Notes: generated from the sequence alone by a model not told the origin. A stretch of DNA of 64,000 nucleotides from an uncultured Dehalococcoidales bacterium (GCA_964548415.1 CAZJQG010000001.1:13680-77679); one strand, 5' to 3'; counted from the first letter of the stretch, positions 51,520 to 62,007 are shown. Numbers and translations: made by a program.

Positions 51520-52255
51520 AAACGTAACTGTCCGTTACGACACCGCCATGGTGCTGGACGACGCCAACATCAATGTACAAAAGGGAGAGTTAGTCGGCCT
51601 CGTCGGCCCCAATGGAGCAGGGAAAACAACACTGCTCAGGGCTATGTCAGGGCTGATAAAGTGGGAAAAAGAAGTACTAAAAGGTACGAGGCAGGCGGAT
51701 ATCACCTTCGAGGGGACTATAGAATTCGAGGGTGAAAGAATCGAGAAACTTTCTGCATCCGATATAGCCAAGAGAGGCTTGCTTCTTTGTCCTGAACGAG
51801 GACGACCGTTTGTAGAAATGACAGTTAAGGATAACCTATTTGCCGGCGCTTATCTGGTCAAAGACCAGAAAGTCGTAAATGCCAGCCTGGCCAAAGTATA
51901 TGAGCTGTTTCCCCGTCTGAAGGAGCGACATAACCAAGTTTCAGGGACGCTTTCCGGCGGCGAAAGACAGATGTTGGCTATCGGCAGAGCGTTGATGAGA
52001 CGGCCCAAGCTAATGCTGGTAGATGAACCTTCCAGCGGACTGGCGCCAAAGCTGAAGCAGGACCTTTTCACGCGGGTGGAGGAGATTTACCACGAACTGG
52101 GCGTAACCATCTTATTGGCCGAACAGGATATTAGTTTTGCCTTTGACCTGTCCGTCAGAAACTACGTCATGTCCAGGGGACATATCATCGCCCACGGTAC
52201 CGCTAAAGAATTGCTCTCGGATGAGACTATAAGAAAGACCTACCTGGGTCTATAA
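51509..52255 (+). CDS. livF: branched-chain amino acid-type ABC transporter ATP-binding protein (LivF-like)
   Basis: Walker A GPNGAGKTT. LSGGERQMLAIGRAL. Walker B LVDEP. TTG start after GGTAAGGAGG. Confidence 0.8.
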   Translation, partial: LEAKNVTVRYDTAMVLDDANINVQKGELVGLVGPNGAGKTTLLRAMSGLIKWEKEVLKGTRQADITFEGTIEFEGERIEKLSASDIAKRGLLLCPERGRPFVEMTVKDNLFAGAYLVKDQKVVNASLAKVYELFPRLKERHNQVSGTLSGGERQMLAIGRALMRRPKLMLVDEPSSGLAPKLKQDLFTRVEEIYHELGVTILLAEQDISFAFDLSVRNYVMSRGHIIAHGTAKELLSDETIRKTYLGL

Positions 52256-52278
52256 ACTTTATTTACAGGATAGAAAAA

Positions 52279-52309
52279 GCTCACCTACTTTTGGTAGGTG
52301 AGCTTTTTT
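52279..52309. terminator. bidirectional rho-independent terminator between the convergent liv-like operons
   Basis: 10-bp stem gctcacctac / gtaggtgagc with a 5-nt loop. Flanked by A5 upstream and T6 downstream. Confidence 0.6.
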
Positions 52310-52336
52310 ACGTCTACTTATAAGTAACCGTAAGAT

Positions 52337-53407
52337 CTAGTACAAATCCGCTCCGCAAGCCCGGCACGCATGACGCCACGATACATTGGTTAGCTTACAT
52401 CTAGGGCACTGTCTCTCGATCTTATCGCGAATCCAAACTGCGATACCTTCCGGCATGAATAAAAGAATCAGGATTACGATGACAGCAAAAATCAACAACC
52501 TGTACTCGGAGATAAAACGTAAAGACTCGGTCAGCGGATAAAGGATGTAAGTCCCTACTACTGCGCCGTAGATGCTTACGATGCCTCCAAAGACAGTCCA
52601 TATTATCGCCTGAAATGACAGGGTTAGGTCCAAACTAGAAGGGCCAGCTATTCTGAGAAAGTGTGCGTACATAGCACCTGATAAACCAGCGAAGAAACCG
52701 CCCACGGCAAAAGCGAATAGTTTGTAAGCTATGGTATTTATACCGCTGGCGCGCGCTGCAATCTCGTCCTCACGGATGGCATGCATAATAATCCCTGTGC
52801 GCACCAGCGAACTTTGGGCATCGGTTAGCTTCCACATTATGAGTACCGAAACCAGCATAACCACCACCGAAATGTAGTAATCGGCTACCCTTGAGTCAGT
52901 CATCCGGTCGATGCCGGAAATGCCTAACTCACCGCCGGTAAACTGGGTGAAAGAGAAAATGACCCCGAGAAGAATAAGAGGAAATGCCAGGGTTACCAGC
53001 GCCAGATATGGTCCTCTCAACCTCAAGGCCGGTAAGCACATAATAACGCCGGCGACCACTGCTGCTAACGCGCCAATCGGTATAGTTGCCCATATCGGCC
53101 AGTGCGGTCCCAGGGGAGCTCCCCTGTTCAGCATGGCCGTCACATAGGCAGCTACCCCGAAGAAAAGCGCATGACCGAAGTTCATCTGTCCGGTATAGCC
53201 GGATATAAAATCCCAGCTTACAGCGAAGATAACGAACATGTTGGTGAAAATCAGCATGCGCAGTATATAAGACTGCTGGGTAAATGCAGGAAAGAGGAAC
53301 AGAAGCACGAAGAAAATAAGGGCTATCAACCTCCCTGGAATGGCTATTATGTCACCTTGAAAATCTTTAAATAATCTACTTAGCACTTTACAATCTCTCC
53401 TCTTCAA
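52337..53407 (-). CDS. livM: ABC transporter permease (LivM-like) with a C-terminal zinc-ribbon extension
   Basis: Multiple TM helices with LivM-like conservation. C-terminus CPRCK...CRACG. Confidence 0.75.
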   Translation of the reverse strand: MKRRDCKVLSRLFKDFQGDIIAIPGRLIALIFFVLLFLFPAFTQQSYILRMLIFTNMFVIFAVSWDFISGYTGQMNFGHALFFGVAAYVTAMLNRGAPLGPHWPIWATIPIGALAAVVAGVIMCLPALRLRGPYLALVTLAFPLILLGVIFSFTQFTGGELGISGIDRMTDSRVADYYISVVVMLVSVLIMWKLTDAQSSLVRTGIIMHAIREDEIAARASGINTIAYKLFAFAVGGFFAGLSGAMYAHFLRIAGPSSLDLTLSFQAIIWTVFGGIVSIYGAVVGTYILYPLTESLRFISEYRLLIFAVIVILILLFMPEGIAVWIRDKIERQCPRCKLTNVSWRHACRACGADLY

Positions 53408-54281
53408 ATACTATGCCAAATAGACCCTCAGGCCTGAAAATTAGCACGATTATCATAACCAGTAAGGCGGCGGCCCCTTTGAGAAAGGCACCGGTCGGTA
53501 GTAAGAAGACAACCAGTGTCTCAACCAGCGCCAGAATGAAGGCACCTATCACACTCCCCTTAATACTGCCCAGGCCTCCCAGCGTAATTATGGCCATTAC
53601 CATAACGAACGGCGGCCATAACATTCCCGGTTCCAGTACCATAGTTGGTGCCACCAGGATGCCGGCAATGGCAGCCAGCGCTGCAGCGATACCCATAACC
53701 AGGAATAGTATGGTGGACACATTTATTCCCATCAGATTTGCGATTTCCGTATCCTGGGCCGTCGCTCTAATGGCAATGCCCAGTCTTGTTTTTTGCAAAA
53801 GCGCCCATACTATCAATAGGACTATGCCGGCAGCTACAAACACCAGTACATTCTGATAGGCGACCTTTACACCCAGTATTTCCCAGTACCCGGTCACAAA
53901 GGATGGCGCTGAGCGATACTGGCCGGAGAAAATAATAACCATAATCTGCTGAAAAGCCATAGCCACAGCCAGTGTTATAAGCATCACAGTAACATGGTGC
54001 TCTCGTACACGATCGATGAAGAGTTTATATACGGCAAGCCCGATACCGGTAGTAATAAGTAAAGAGAGGACAATTGCCACAGCGGGGTTGCTAAGAGGCG
54101 CATATTTTCCCAGAAATGCGATGTCCGTAAAAGTAAATAAGCCGTAGGCGGCCAGCATGTAGAACGAGGTATGCGACAGCTGAAGCACACGGGCTACGCC
54201 GAATATCAGTGCAAAACCGAGAGCCAGCAGTGCATACACGCTTCCCTTTACCAGAGTTTGAACAATAATTCCTTCAATCAT
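53388..54281 (-). CDS. livH: ABC transporter permease (LivH-like)
   Basis: MIEGIIVQTLVKGSVYALLALGFALIFG is a canonical LivH N-terminus. Confidence 0.85.
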   Translation of the reverse strand: MIEGIIVQTLVKGSVYALLALGFALIFGVARVLQLSHTSFYMLAAYGLFTFTDIAFLGKYAPLSNPAVAIVLSLLITTGIGLAVYKLFIDRVREHHVTVMLITLAVAMAFQQIMVIIFSGQYRSAPSFVTGYWEILGVKVAYQNVLVFVAAGIVLLIVWALLQKTRLGIAIRATAQDTEIANLMGINVSTILFLVMGIAAALAAIAGILVAPTMVLEPGMLWPPFVMVMAIITLGGLGSIKGSVIGAFILALVETLVVFLLPTGAFLKGAAALLVMIIVLIFRPEGLFGIVFEEERL

Positions 54282-54487
54282 ACTCTACGTTACCTAACCT
54301 TCACTGTTGAATTGACTGATCTACTGGTACCTAGTTGTTGACACATATATACTAAAGAGCAGCCGTAAGCACATCATATAGCTACTCGATTGCCGGCCTA
54401 AATAATACCAGCTAACAAGTTGTTTATCAAGCCTTTGAAGACCCCAGGACTCGTAGCGCCCGGGGTCTTCAAATAAGCCATGAATCT

Positions 54488-55159
54488 CTATTGGAATTTG
54501 ACTGTACTGAGTATCTCTTCGTATAGCGTCTCGTTGAACGGCTCGAATTCTGTCACGGTGAATACCATGAAGCGGATACGCTTGGCGCCGCGGTCAACAT
54601 CCAGACATAGGCCCTGTGCCTGATAGCCGGAGGAAGAGATATAGCCAAGCTGGTACATATAGCCCGTGCTGCCGTCCTGAGTGGTGACTGGAGTGATGTC
54701 GGTCAGCACTTTGGGGCTCTGGCCGCCAATCAGGCCAACACTAGACTTTATCCAGTCCGCCGATTCTGGGGCATCGGCATCGAACTGGATGACAACAATT
54801 CCCGGAACAAAGGCGCTGACGCTAAACGCTACAACGTGATGGGGAGTGGTCAACATGTCAGGACGTTCCACCCAGTCCTTGGGATACTCGAAACTGAAGC
54901 CGTATTCTGCGTTGGTATACGTAGCGGCCTCAAATGATAGGGTAGCAGGTGGTGTTAGTTGTTTTCCCCCTGTTGTTGGCGGTGTGGTTGGCGGCGGTGT
55001 GGTCGGTGGTGGTGTTGTTGGTGGGGGTGTTGTTGTTGGCGTTGTGGTCGGCGGGGGCGTCGTGGGTGGAGTGGTTGGTGCTGCGCAGGCCGATACTACC
55101 AGGCCCAGCACGAGCATGACGGCTAAAAATACGGTTACGATTCTAAACGATTTTTTCAT
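54488..55159 (-). CDS. lipoprotein with a (T/P)-rich linker and a C-terminal YxFxYPxxW domain
   Basis: Lipobox VSAC. PTTPPPTTTPTTTPPPTT repeats. The C-terminal 150 aa are about 75% identical to the C-terminal extension of the 55281 binding protein. Confidence 0.6.
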   Translation of the reverse strand: MKKSFRIVTVFLAVMLVLGLVVSACAAPTTPPTTPPPTTTPTTTPPPTTPPPTTPPPTTPPTTGGKQLTPPATLSFEAATYTNAEYGFSFEYPKDWVERPDMLTTPHHVVAFSVSAFVPGIVVIQFDADAPESADWIKSSVGLIGGQSPKVLTDITPVTTQDGSTGYMYQLGYISSSGYQAQGLCLDVDRGAKRIRFMVFTVTEFEPFNETLYEEILSTVKFQ

Positions 55160-55280
55160 CGTCCCTCCTTTAATATTTTATTATTACGGGACATTGCCGT
55201 CCCGATTGCTTCCTTCATTTTTAGGATGGAGACTCCGGGCCGTTGCCGGCCCGGAGTTCTTCTTATAAGCAAACTGGACA

Positions 55281-57203
55281 CTACTTGAAAGTAACGGTGT
55301 TTACTATCTCCTCAAACAGCGCTTGATCGTAGTCCGCGAATGCAGTTACGGTATAAACCATGAAGCGTAGCCGCTTGCCATCGCGGTCTACGTCCTTGCA
55401 CCAACCCTCTGCTTCGTAGCCCGTTGACGAGATGTAACCGAGTTTATAAGTATAGGCCTTGCTGCCATCTGGAGTTGTTGCATCCGTGATATCCGTAAGC
55501 ACTTTGGGGCTCTGACCGCCGATTTGTCCCACGCTTGCCTTTATCCAGTCGACGGATTCAGGAGCATCAGCGTCGAACTGCATTGCCACAATCCCCGGAA
55601 CAAAGGCGCTTACACTGAACGCTGCAAGATGATGTACGGTTGTCACCATATCCGGCCGTTCCACCCAGTCACTGGGGTACTGGAAGGTGAAACCATATTC
55701 AGTGTTGGTGTACGTTTTGGCTGCAAATGAGGTGGCTGCTGCCGCGGTCTCTTCGCCAGCCGCTGGTGTCGCCTCTGGTGTCGCCGCAGGCGTCTCTGGT
55801 GCCACAGGCGCAGTTCCACCTTCAGCCTTCAGTTTATCAAGCAACAATGGCGGCACTACCCATTTGTGAATGCCACCGTATTTTACATCCTTCCACGTGG
55901 CAGGATATCCAGCAGCGACAGAAGCATCAGCGTAATCCGCGTTCGGCCAGACGGCTAGCTGTTCTCCAGCCACCCACTGCGTGGATATGCCCGTGGTTAT
56001 GCCCGGACCGTAAGGCACATCATGAGGATTGCCGCCGGGCGCATCCATAGTTGTAAACTGGAAGGGTGTGGCCAGGGTTGAGACCTGGTTTGTCTTCTCG
56101 AGTTCGGCAACCATCATGTCTGAATCCCAGGTTCCGTCACTCTTAATGGCCGCTGTTCCGGCTCTCTCCAGAGCTGATTTAATGATATAAATAGCATCGT
56201 AAGTGCCAGCATTGTATGCAGGTACCTGGCCATTCAGCTCTATAAATTTATCAATGAAGGGCAATGTCAGCGGATCCACTTCCAGTCCCCTTGCATAGGA
56301 ATTCAGTGAAGTATCGTACTCACCTAACCCGTTGGTATTCTTCCAGAAGCCGGGGTCGCTCTGTGACTCGACGTTAATGCCTACTGAAGCCGCCGGTATC
56401 TTCAACTCACCGTATGACCTGGCGTACGGGATGCCCACGGGACCCGAGAAAATCTCACAGATTATATCAGTATTTTTGGACTGCATGTCTGTCATTTCCG
56501 CGGTAAGCTCGGTAGCTGTGGGGGAAGGTCTCCAGGTACCTACAACCTCCATCCCCAACTTTTTCGGTACGTAAGCGTTCATTATTCCCGTGATCGAGTC
56601 AGCCCATTTAGCTCCTTCAGTACATACAGCCACTTTCAGCTTTCTCTGTATGCCAGTCTCTTCTTTAATTCTGGCCTGTGCCATAGCCAATGTCATTACC
56701 ACATTGTCAGCCAGCTTGGCACTGACGAACGGCGTGACTCTGAAGGTGTACTTATAGCGCTCGTAATCCGATTTTACCGGTGCTACCAGTATCTGGTCAG
56801 CGGCGCCACAGATCATGAAAATCATTTTGTTGTCCATGGCAACTTCTTGCATAGGGATCACAGCTTCCGTTCGGAAACCGCCGATAACAAAATTTGCGCC
56901 ATCCACCGTTATCAGTTTTTCCATAGCTGACGTAGCATCGGTAACGCTGTTAATCTCATTCGAATCCGATTGAATCAGCTCAATCTGATACGACTTGTCG
57001 CCAATCTGTATACCACCGGCTGCATTAATTTCATCACGGGCTTGCGTGGCGCCCCACCAGTGGTTCTGCCCCTGTAGATATTGCATCGGCCCGATAACGC
57101 CTATTTTTATCACGTCGCCTGCTTCTGTGGTGGGTTTGCAGGCAGGAATAACCATGGCAACAAGCATGAGGCAGGTAAACAATAAAAATAGAATTTTTTT
57201 CAC
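55281..57203 (-). CDS. ABC transporter substrate-binding protein (Leu/Ile/Val-binding family) with an extra C-terminal YxFxYPxxW domain
   Basis: Lipoprotein signal. Type I periplasmic binding fold over about 430 aa. A/P/T-rich linker. C-terminal domain paralogous to 54488. Confidence 0.8.
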   Translation of the reverse strand: MKKILFLLFTCLMLVAMVIPACKPTTEAGDVIKIGVIGPMQYLQGQNHWWGATQARDEINAAGGIQIGDKSYQIELIQSDSNEINSVTDATSAMEKLITVDGANFVIGGFRTEAVIPMQEVAMDNKMIFMICGAADQILVAPVKSDYERYKYTFRVTPFVSAKLADNVVMTLAMAQARIKEETGIQRKLKVAVCTEGAKWADSITGIMNAYVPKKLGMEVVGTWRPSPTATELTAEMTDMQSKNTDIICEIFSGPVGIPYARSYGELKIPAASVGINVESQSDPGFWKNTNGLGEYDTSLNSYARGLEVDPLTLPFIDKFIELNGQVPAYNAGTYDAIYIIKSALERAGTAAIKSDGTWDSDMMVAELEKTNQVSTLATPFQFTTMDAPGGNPHDVPYGPGITTGISTQWVAGEQLAVWPNADYADASVAAGYPATWKDVKYGGIHKWVVPPLLLDKLKAEGGTAPVAPETPAATPEATPAAGEETAAAATSFAAKTYTNTEYGFTFQYPSDWVERPDMVTTVHHLAAFSVSAFVPGIVAMQFDADAPESVDWIKASVGQIGGQSPKVLTDITDATTPDGSKAYTYKLGYISSTGYEAEGWCKDVDRDGKRLRFMVYTVTAFADYDQALFEEIVNTVTFK

Positions 57204-57494
57204 TTAGCCATTAACCTCCTAAAACGTTGCAAAGGGTCTCATTGCTGGCAAACACAGATCGACCCCGGTTTGCCCCCAAACGCTAAATCTCATTCACTCG
57301 ATAATACCACCCCCTTCTCCCGAAATCTTATTTTTAATATTCATACGGTAAATATGTGCACTTAAAAATACACTGCAATCGGAGGTTTAAATGACATTAT
57401 ACCACAGCGTGTCAATACTAAAAGTACCCCAACCACGCTCAGCATATACCCTTTTTTCGAAGCCGTCAACTGGTTGTAAGTCCAGGCTAAATAC

Positions 57495-58697
57495 TTATAA
57501 ACCGACGATGGCGACGCTGACAATATTCATTGCCGGAAAACCACCCATATTATGTGTCAGCCCCAGCCTGGGATTCTTCAACTGGCGTTCAGGCAGCTGG
57601 GCTTTCCCCTGCAGCTGTTTATACATTTCGTACATCATCCTCAGCCCCGAAGCACCGATGGGATGTCCGAAGCATTTTAGCCCTCCATCGGGTTGAATTG
57701 GCTGCTCACCGTTGAGGTCAAAGCGCCCGGCTTCGATATCTTCTTTCACCTTGCCGCGAGGGCTGAACTGTAAATCTTCCATAGTTACCGCCTCGGTGAT
57801 AGAAAAGCAGTCATGTACCTCGGCCATACTGATCTCATTTCTCGGGTCTTTGACTCCTGCCTCCTTGTATGCCAGAATCCCGGCGCGAAGCCCGGTTTCA
57901 ACGTGAGCGCCATCCCACTTTGTGTACATTAACTCTTCGCCGGAACTCAACGCAATCTGTAGTGATTTAATGTACACAGGATCGGGCCTGAACTTCTTGG
58001 CCAGTTCTGCAGTTGTCACAATTGCAGCCGCAGAACCATCGCTAACGCCACAGCAGTCGAAAAGGCCCAGTGGCCAGGCTATAATAGGCGCATTCATTAC
58101 TTGCTCGACCGTGATTTCCCTACGCAAGTGTGCCTTGGGATTGAGCGAGCCGTTGTGATGGCTTTTAGCCGAGACCCTGGCCAGCATTTTTTTACCGTCT
58201 TCGGGGCTAAGCCCGTAAACCGCGAAATACCGCGTAGCCATCATGGCAAAACTTCCCGGCGCGGTGATTTTGGGCATTATCAGAGCGTTTCTTGCACCAA
58301 GAAGACCCTGGCCACCCGGCAGGCCGCCATAACCCGTGTCCTTTAGTTTCTCCACCCCCAAGGCCAGAGCGATGTCACACGCTCCCGACGCGACTCCGTA
58401 ACAAGCACCTCTAAGAGCCTCGGTGCCGGTGGCACAAAAGTTTTCCACTCTGGTAACGGGAATAAAAGGCAACTTTAATGCCAGCGCCATCGAGGTTGCA
58501 CCCTTGCCGACGCTCTGTTCCTCGAAATGTACGCCGAACCAGGCTGCCTCGATATCTTTCTTCTCAATACCCGCATCCTCGAGGCACTCCTGGAATGACT
58601 CTACCATCAAGTCCTCGGCACCTTTGTTCCAGAGTTCTCCAAACTTCGTGCAACCCATCCCGATGATAGCTACTTTATCTTTAATTCCCTCTGCCAT
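57495..58697 (-). CDS. thiolase (SCP-x/archaeal-type acetyl-CoA C-acetyltransferase-like)
   Basis: N-terminus MAEGIKDKVAIIGMGCTKFGE with the active Cys. C-terminal GHPIGASG. Confidence 0.85.
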   Translation of the reverse strand: MAEGIKDKVAIIGMGCTKFGELWNKGAEDLMVESFQECLEDAGIEKKDIEAAWFGVHFEEQSVGKGATSMALALKLPFIPVTRVENFCATGTEALRGACYGVASGACDIALALGVEKLKDTGYGGLPGGQGLLGARNALIMPKITAPGSFAMMATRYFAVYGLSPEDGKKMLARVSAKSHHNGSLNPKAHLRREITVEQVMNAPIIAWPLGLFDCCGVSDGSAAAIVTTAELAKKFRPDPVYIKSLQIALSSGEELMYTKWDGAHVETGLRAGILAYKEAGVKDPRNEISMAEVHDCFSITEAVTMEDLQFSPRGKVKEDIEAGRFDLNGEQPIQPDGGLKCFGHPIGASGLRMMYEMYKQLQGKAQLPERQLKNPRLGLTHNMGGFPAMNIVSVAIVGL

Positions 58698-58730
58698 TTC
58701 TAATCTCCTCCGTATCGTTAGTTCAACCCA

Positions 58731-60170
58731 TCAAGCACGCACAGGCATGGCTTTCCAGGAGTAGCCGTATACACCATGGCCCTCATCAACATATCTCCTG
58801 CGAAAAGTCATTTCAACGGGCATCCCTACTTTAATTGATTCGAGATCACAGTCGGTGAGGTCGAACCAGAACCTGCCTCCTCCATTAAAATCTACGAATC
58901 CGTATATTGCCGGCGGGTCTATGCTGGCTGCCAGGTTGTCACCGGTATAGGTGAACAGCACGCCTTTCCTGTCAGAAAAGCGGTAGCCTTCCATCTGGTC
59001 TACGGCGCCGCAATCGGGATTGACACATATTCTCTGGCGTGGATACTGTGGCGTTCCACACTTCTTACACTTGGAGCCACATAATGCCAGAACCGTTTCT
59101 CGTTCTCTGAATAGCGTGGACATTGGGGTCCGAAAATCTACTTCACCTCTCATTCCCAGATCCATAGGCGCCAGATTACGAAACGCCAGGTATTTTTCGT
59201 AACTGGCAAGCTCTTTTTTCGTTTCTAAATTTTTACTGACGCCGCGGTGGCCCGGTAAATTTTTAATGTTTTCCGTTACCTGTAAAAACATGGCATCGCT
59301 GCCATTGCCGAAGCTGGCCACAAGAATCTTGTCGCCGGGCTTAGCCTTTTCCAGTACCTCTACTAGCATCATCAGTGGAGATGCAGAACCTGTATCTCCA
59401 ACTTTGTCAACCAGCGATGTTGGGAGCTGGCGTGGTTCAGCACCCAATCGCTTGATAATTGCGGCATGCTCCCTGGGATAAAGGTCCGGAAATGCAATTG
59501 TGGCAAAATCGGCAATGGCCAGATTATATTTTTTTAGCAATCCGGAAATCGCCTCAGGCAGCATCTTGGTATAGCCTTCATCGCGAATGAACCTGTCTTC
59601 CCAGGAATGCTCAAATTTCTCAGTAGCCGCCCTCCAGCGATCGGGAAAATCGTAAGATACCGAGTAAAAACCCTCCAGCGTAGCGATCAAATCCTGGCTA
59701 CCGGTTAGTAAAGCTGCGGCACCGTCACCGTACAGCGGCTCTTGCGGGCTGCCCGGTTTACTGACTCGGCAATCGGAAGCACAGACCAGCACATTTGACG
59801 TGCCGCTATTGACAGCATCGAAAGCAGACAGAAGCGCACTTGTGCCTGACTTGGTAGAGCCCAGGAAATCACTCGTCCTTATGTTACTAGGCAGGTCAAG
59901 GGCAGCAGCCACTAGTGCCGAGTTCTGACGTAACATATAAGGCTGGCTGGTGGTTGCCAAGAAAAGGCCGCCTAGCTCCTCCCTTTTTATATTGCTCAGA
60001 CAATCCATGCCGGCCGCCACTGCCATGCTTAGAGTATCCTCGTCATGGTTTGCCACCGCGTTCTCCCCCGGCGGAGGAAAACTGCCTAAGAATCCAATAG
60101 CCGTAAAAATTGTATTGTGACTAATTCTGTACCTTGGGATGTAAGCACCATACGATTTGATACCTACCAT
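58731..60170 (-). CDS. fused HMG-CoA-synthase-like condensing enzyme + DUF35 (OB-fold / zinc-ribbon) protein
   Basis: N-terminus MVGIKSYGAYIPRYRI with the thiolase-fold Cys region (VCASDC). C-terminal CxxC...CxxC ribbon (CGSKCKKCGT...CVNPDCG) followed by an OB-fold region. Confidence 0.75.
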   Translation of the reverse strand: MVGIKSYGAYIPRYRISHNTIFTAIGFLGSFPPPGENAVANHDEDTLSMAVAAGMDCLSNIKREELGGLFLATTSQPYMLRQNSALVAAALDLPSNIRTSDFLGSTKSGTSALLSAFDAVNSGTSNVLVCASDCRVSKPGSPQEPLYGDGAAALLTGSQDLIATLEGFYSVSYDFPDRWRAATEKFEHSWEDRFIRDEGYTKMLPEAISGLLKKYNLAIADFATIAFPDLYPREHAAIIKRLGAEPRQLPTSLVDKVGDTGSASPLMMLVEVLEKAKPGDKILVASFGNGSDAMFLQVTENIKNLPGHRGVSKNLETKKELASYEKYLAFRNLAPMDLGMRGEVDFRTPMSTLFRERETVLALCGSKCKKCGTPQYPRQRICVNPDCGAVDQMEGYRFSDRKGVLFTYTGDNLAASIDPPAIYGFVDFNGGGRFWFDLTDCDLESIKVGMPVEMTFRRRYVDEGHGVYGYSWKAMPVRA

Positions 60171-60396
60171 GAAGCAACCTCCTGATTAGCAGTAGATTGA
60201 AGAAAAAAGTCAGCCAACGTAGACTAACACAGCCTTCGCTCACAGTCAACATTACTAACTCACAAACAGCCAATATAGGAATAAATTCCTATACCTGCAT
60301 TTCAGACTTGACGTGTAAAATCTACAAGTTGTACTATCGTATCCACTCTCAGGGGGTAATCCGTTAGTGCAATAAGCTACTGGAGAAAGGGGAACC

Positions 60397-61995
60397 ATGA
60401 ACGTCGGCAGTCTCATCGCAGAAAACGTTAAGAGATTTGGCGAGTACGAAAGCATCTATTTTGAGGGCAGGTGGTATACAAATTCTGAAATAAATCTCAC
60501 CTCTAATAAACTCGGTAACGTTTTGAAATCACTCGGCATAGCCAAAGGTGACCGGGTGGCAGTACAGATGCCCAACAGCCCACCGGTTTTTTCGGCCTTT
60601 CCCGCTATATATAAGGTAGGCGGCGTCGTAGTACCATTGAATCCACTGCTACGTCCCGACCAGGCAGCATACATATATCATGACTGCGGAGCCAAAGCGC
60701 TTCTGACCAGTTCTGATTTTCTGGGCTGGGTAATGGAAGCACGGAAACAAGCTCCGGACCTGAAACATATAATTGTGACCGACAAGGATGATATTCCCGA
60801 TACTTTGTCGTACGGCAAGCTAATGTCCGAAAGCCCTGACGAATTGATAGTGGTAGAAACCGATAACGATGACCTTGCGGCTCTGATCTATACAGCGGGT
60901 ACCACGGGATATCCTAAAGGAGTAATGCATACACATTTTTCGCTTTACATTAATGCTTTATGCTTTTTTGAATACGTACTTTTTAATCTGGGTACGACCA
61001 TAAACCAGAATATTACGCATATAGACCCAAAGACACTTCAACCAATCGAAGATTCCATTATGACTACCGGCGTGAGCCGTTCCAATGTCAGCCTCGGAGT
61101 ATTGCCGCTTTCCCATTCGTACGGCATCGCATTCAGCATGGGCGGTTCATTCGTTGGCGGTAAAGCCATCGTACTAAAATGGTGGAATCCCGAGGAAGCT
61201 CTGAAAATGATTCAGGCTTTCAAGGTTACGCACATGGCAGCTGTGCCAACAATGTACGTACAGTTGCTGGACCATCCGGATTTCGACAAGTATGATATCA
61301 GTTCACTGCTGGGTTGCAACTCAGGAGGCGCACCACTTCCGGTAGAAGTCGCGCTGAGGTGGAAAGAAAAGACAGGCGTTGATATCAGAGAAGGATGGGG
61401 ACTTACCGAATCGGGGGCTACTACCACCGGACAGCCCGTCGACCTCCTACCCAAATATGGTTCTGTTGGCAAAAACTTACTTAGATGCAACAGCGTCAAA
61501 GTATTTGATGACAATGAAAAGGAGCTTCCTCTAGGAGAACGCGGTGAAATCGTAGTCAAAGGCCCTACACTGATGAAAGGCTACTGGAATCTACCGGAAG
61601 AGACGGAACAGGCCATGAAAGGCGGCTGGCTTCATACCGGTGATGTGGGCTATGTAGATGAAGATGGCTATGTATATTTAACCGATAGGAAGAAGGATAT
61701 TATTATTCGCGGCGGAGAAAATGTATCTCCACGGGAAATTGAAGATGTACTAAGCACAAATCAGAAAGTTGCTGAAGCCGGTGTCATCGGAGTACCCGAT
61801 AAAGTCTACGGGGAAGAAATAAAAGCATTCGTTGTGCTTAAAACCCGGGAGAACGCAACCGAAGAAGAACTGATAGCTTATTGTAAACAGTCTTTGCCCA
61901 CCTTCAAAATACCGAAGACGGTACAGTTTATCGACACATTGCCTAAAAATCTTTTGGGCAAATTATTGAGGGCTGAACTGCGTAAGCTTGGTTAA
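60397..61995 (+). CDS. AMP-dependent synthetase/ligase (acyl-CoA synthetase)
   Basis: YTAGTTGYPKG AMP motif. C-terminal PKTVQFIDTLPKNLLGKLLR. Confidence 0.85.
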   Translation: MNVGSLIAENVKRFGEYESIYFEGRWYTNSEINLTSNKLGNVLKSLGIAKGDRVAVQMPNSPPVFSAFPAIYKVGGVVVPLNPLLRPDQAAYIYHDCGAKALLTSSDFLGWVMEARKQAPDLKHIIVTDKDDIPDTLSYGKLMSESPDELIVVETDNDDLAALIYTAGTTGYPKGVMHTHFSLYINALCFFEYVLFNLGTTINQNITHIDPKTLQPIEDSIMTTGVSRSNVSLGVLPLSHSYGIAFSMGGSFVGGKAIVLKWWNPEEALKMIQAFKVTHMAAVPTMYVQLLDHPDFDKYDISSLLGCNSGGAPLPVEVALRWKEKTGVDIREGWGLTESGATTTGQPVDLLPKYGSVGKNLLRCNSVKVFDDNEKELPLGERGEIVVKGPTLMKGYWNLPEETEQAMKGGWLHTGDVGYVDEDGYVYLTDRKKDIIIRGGENVSPREIEDVLSTNQKVAEAGVIGVPDKVYGEEIKAFVVLKTRENATEEELIAYCKQSLPTFKIPKTVQFIDTLPKNLLGKLLRAELRKLG

Positions 61996-62007
61996 TTAAT
62001 AAAAAAA

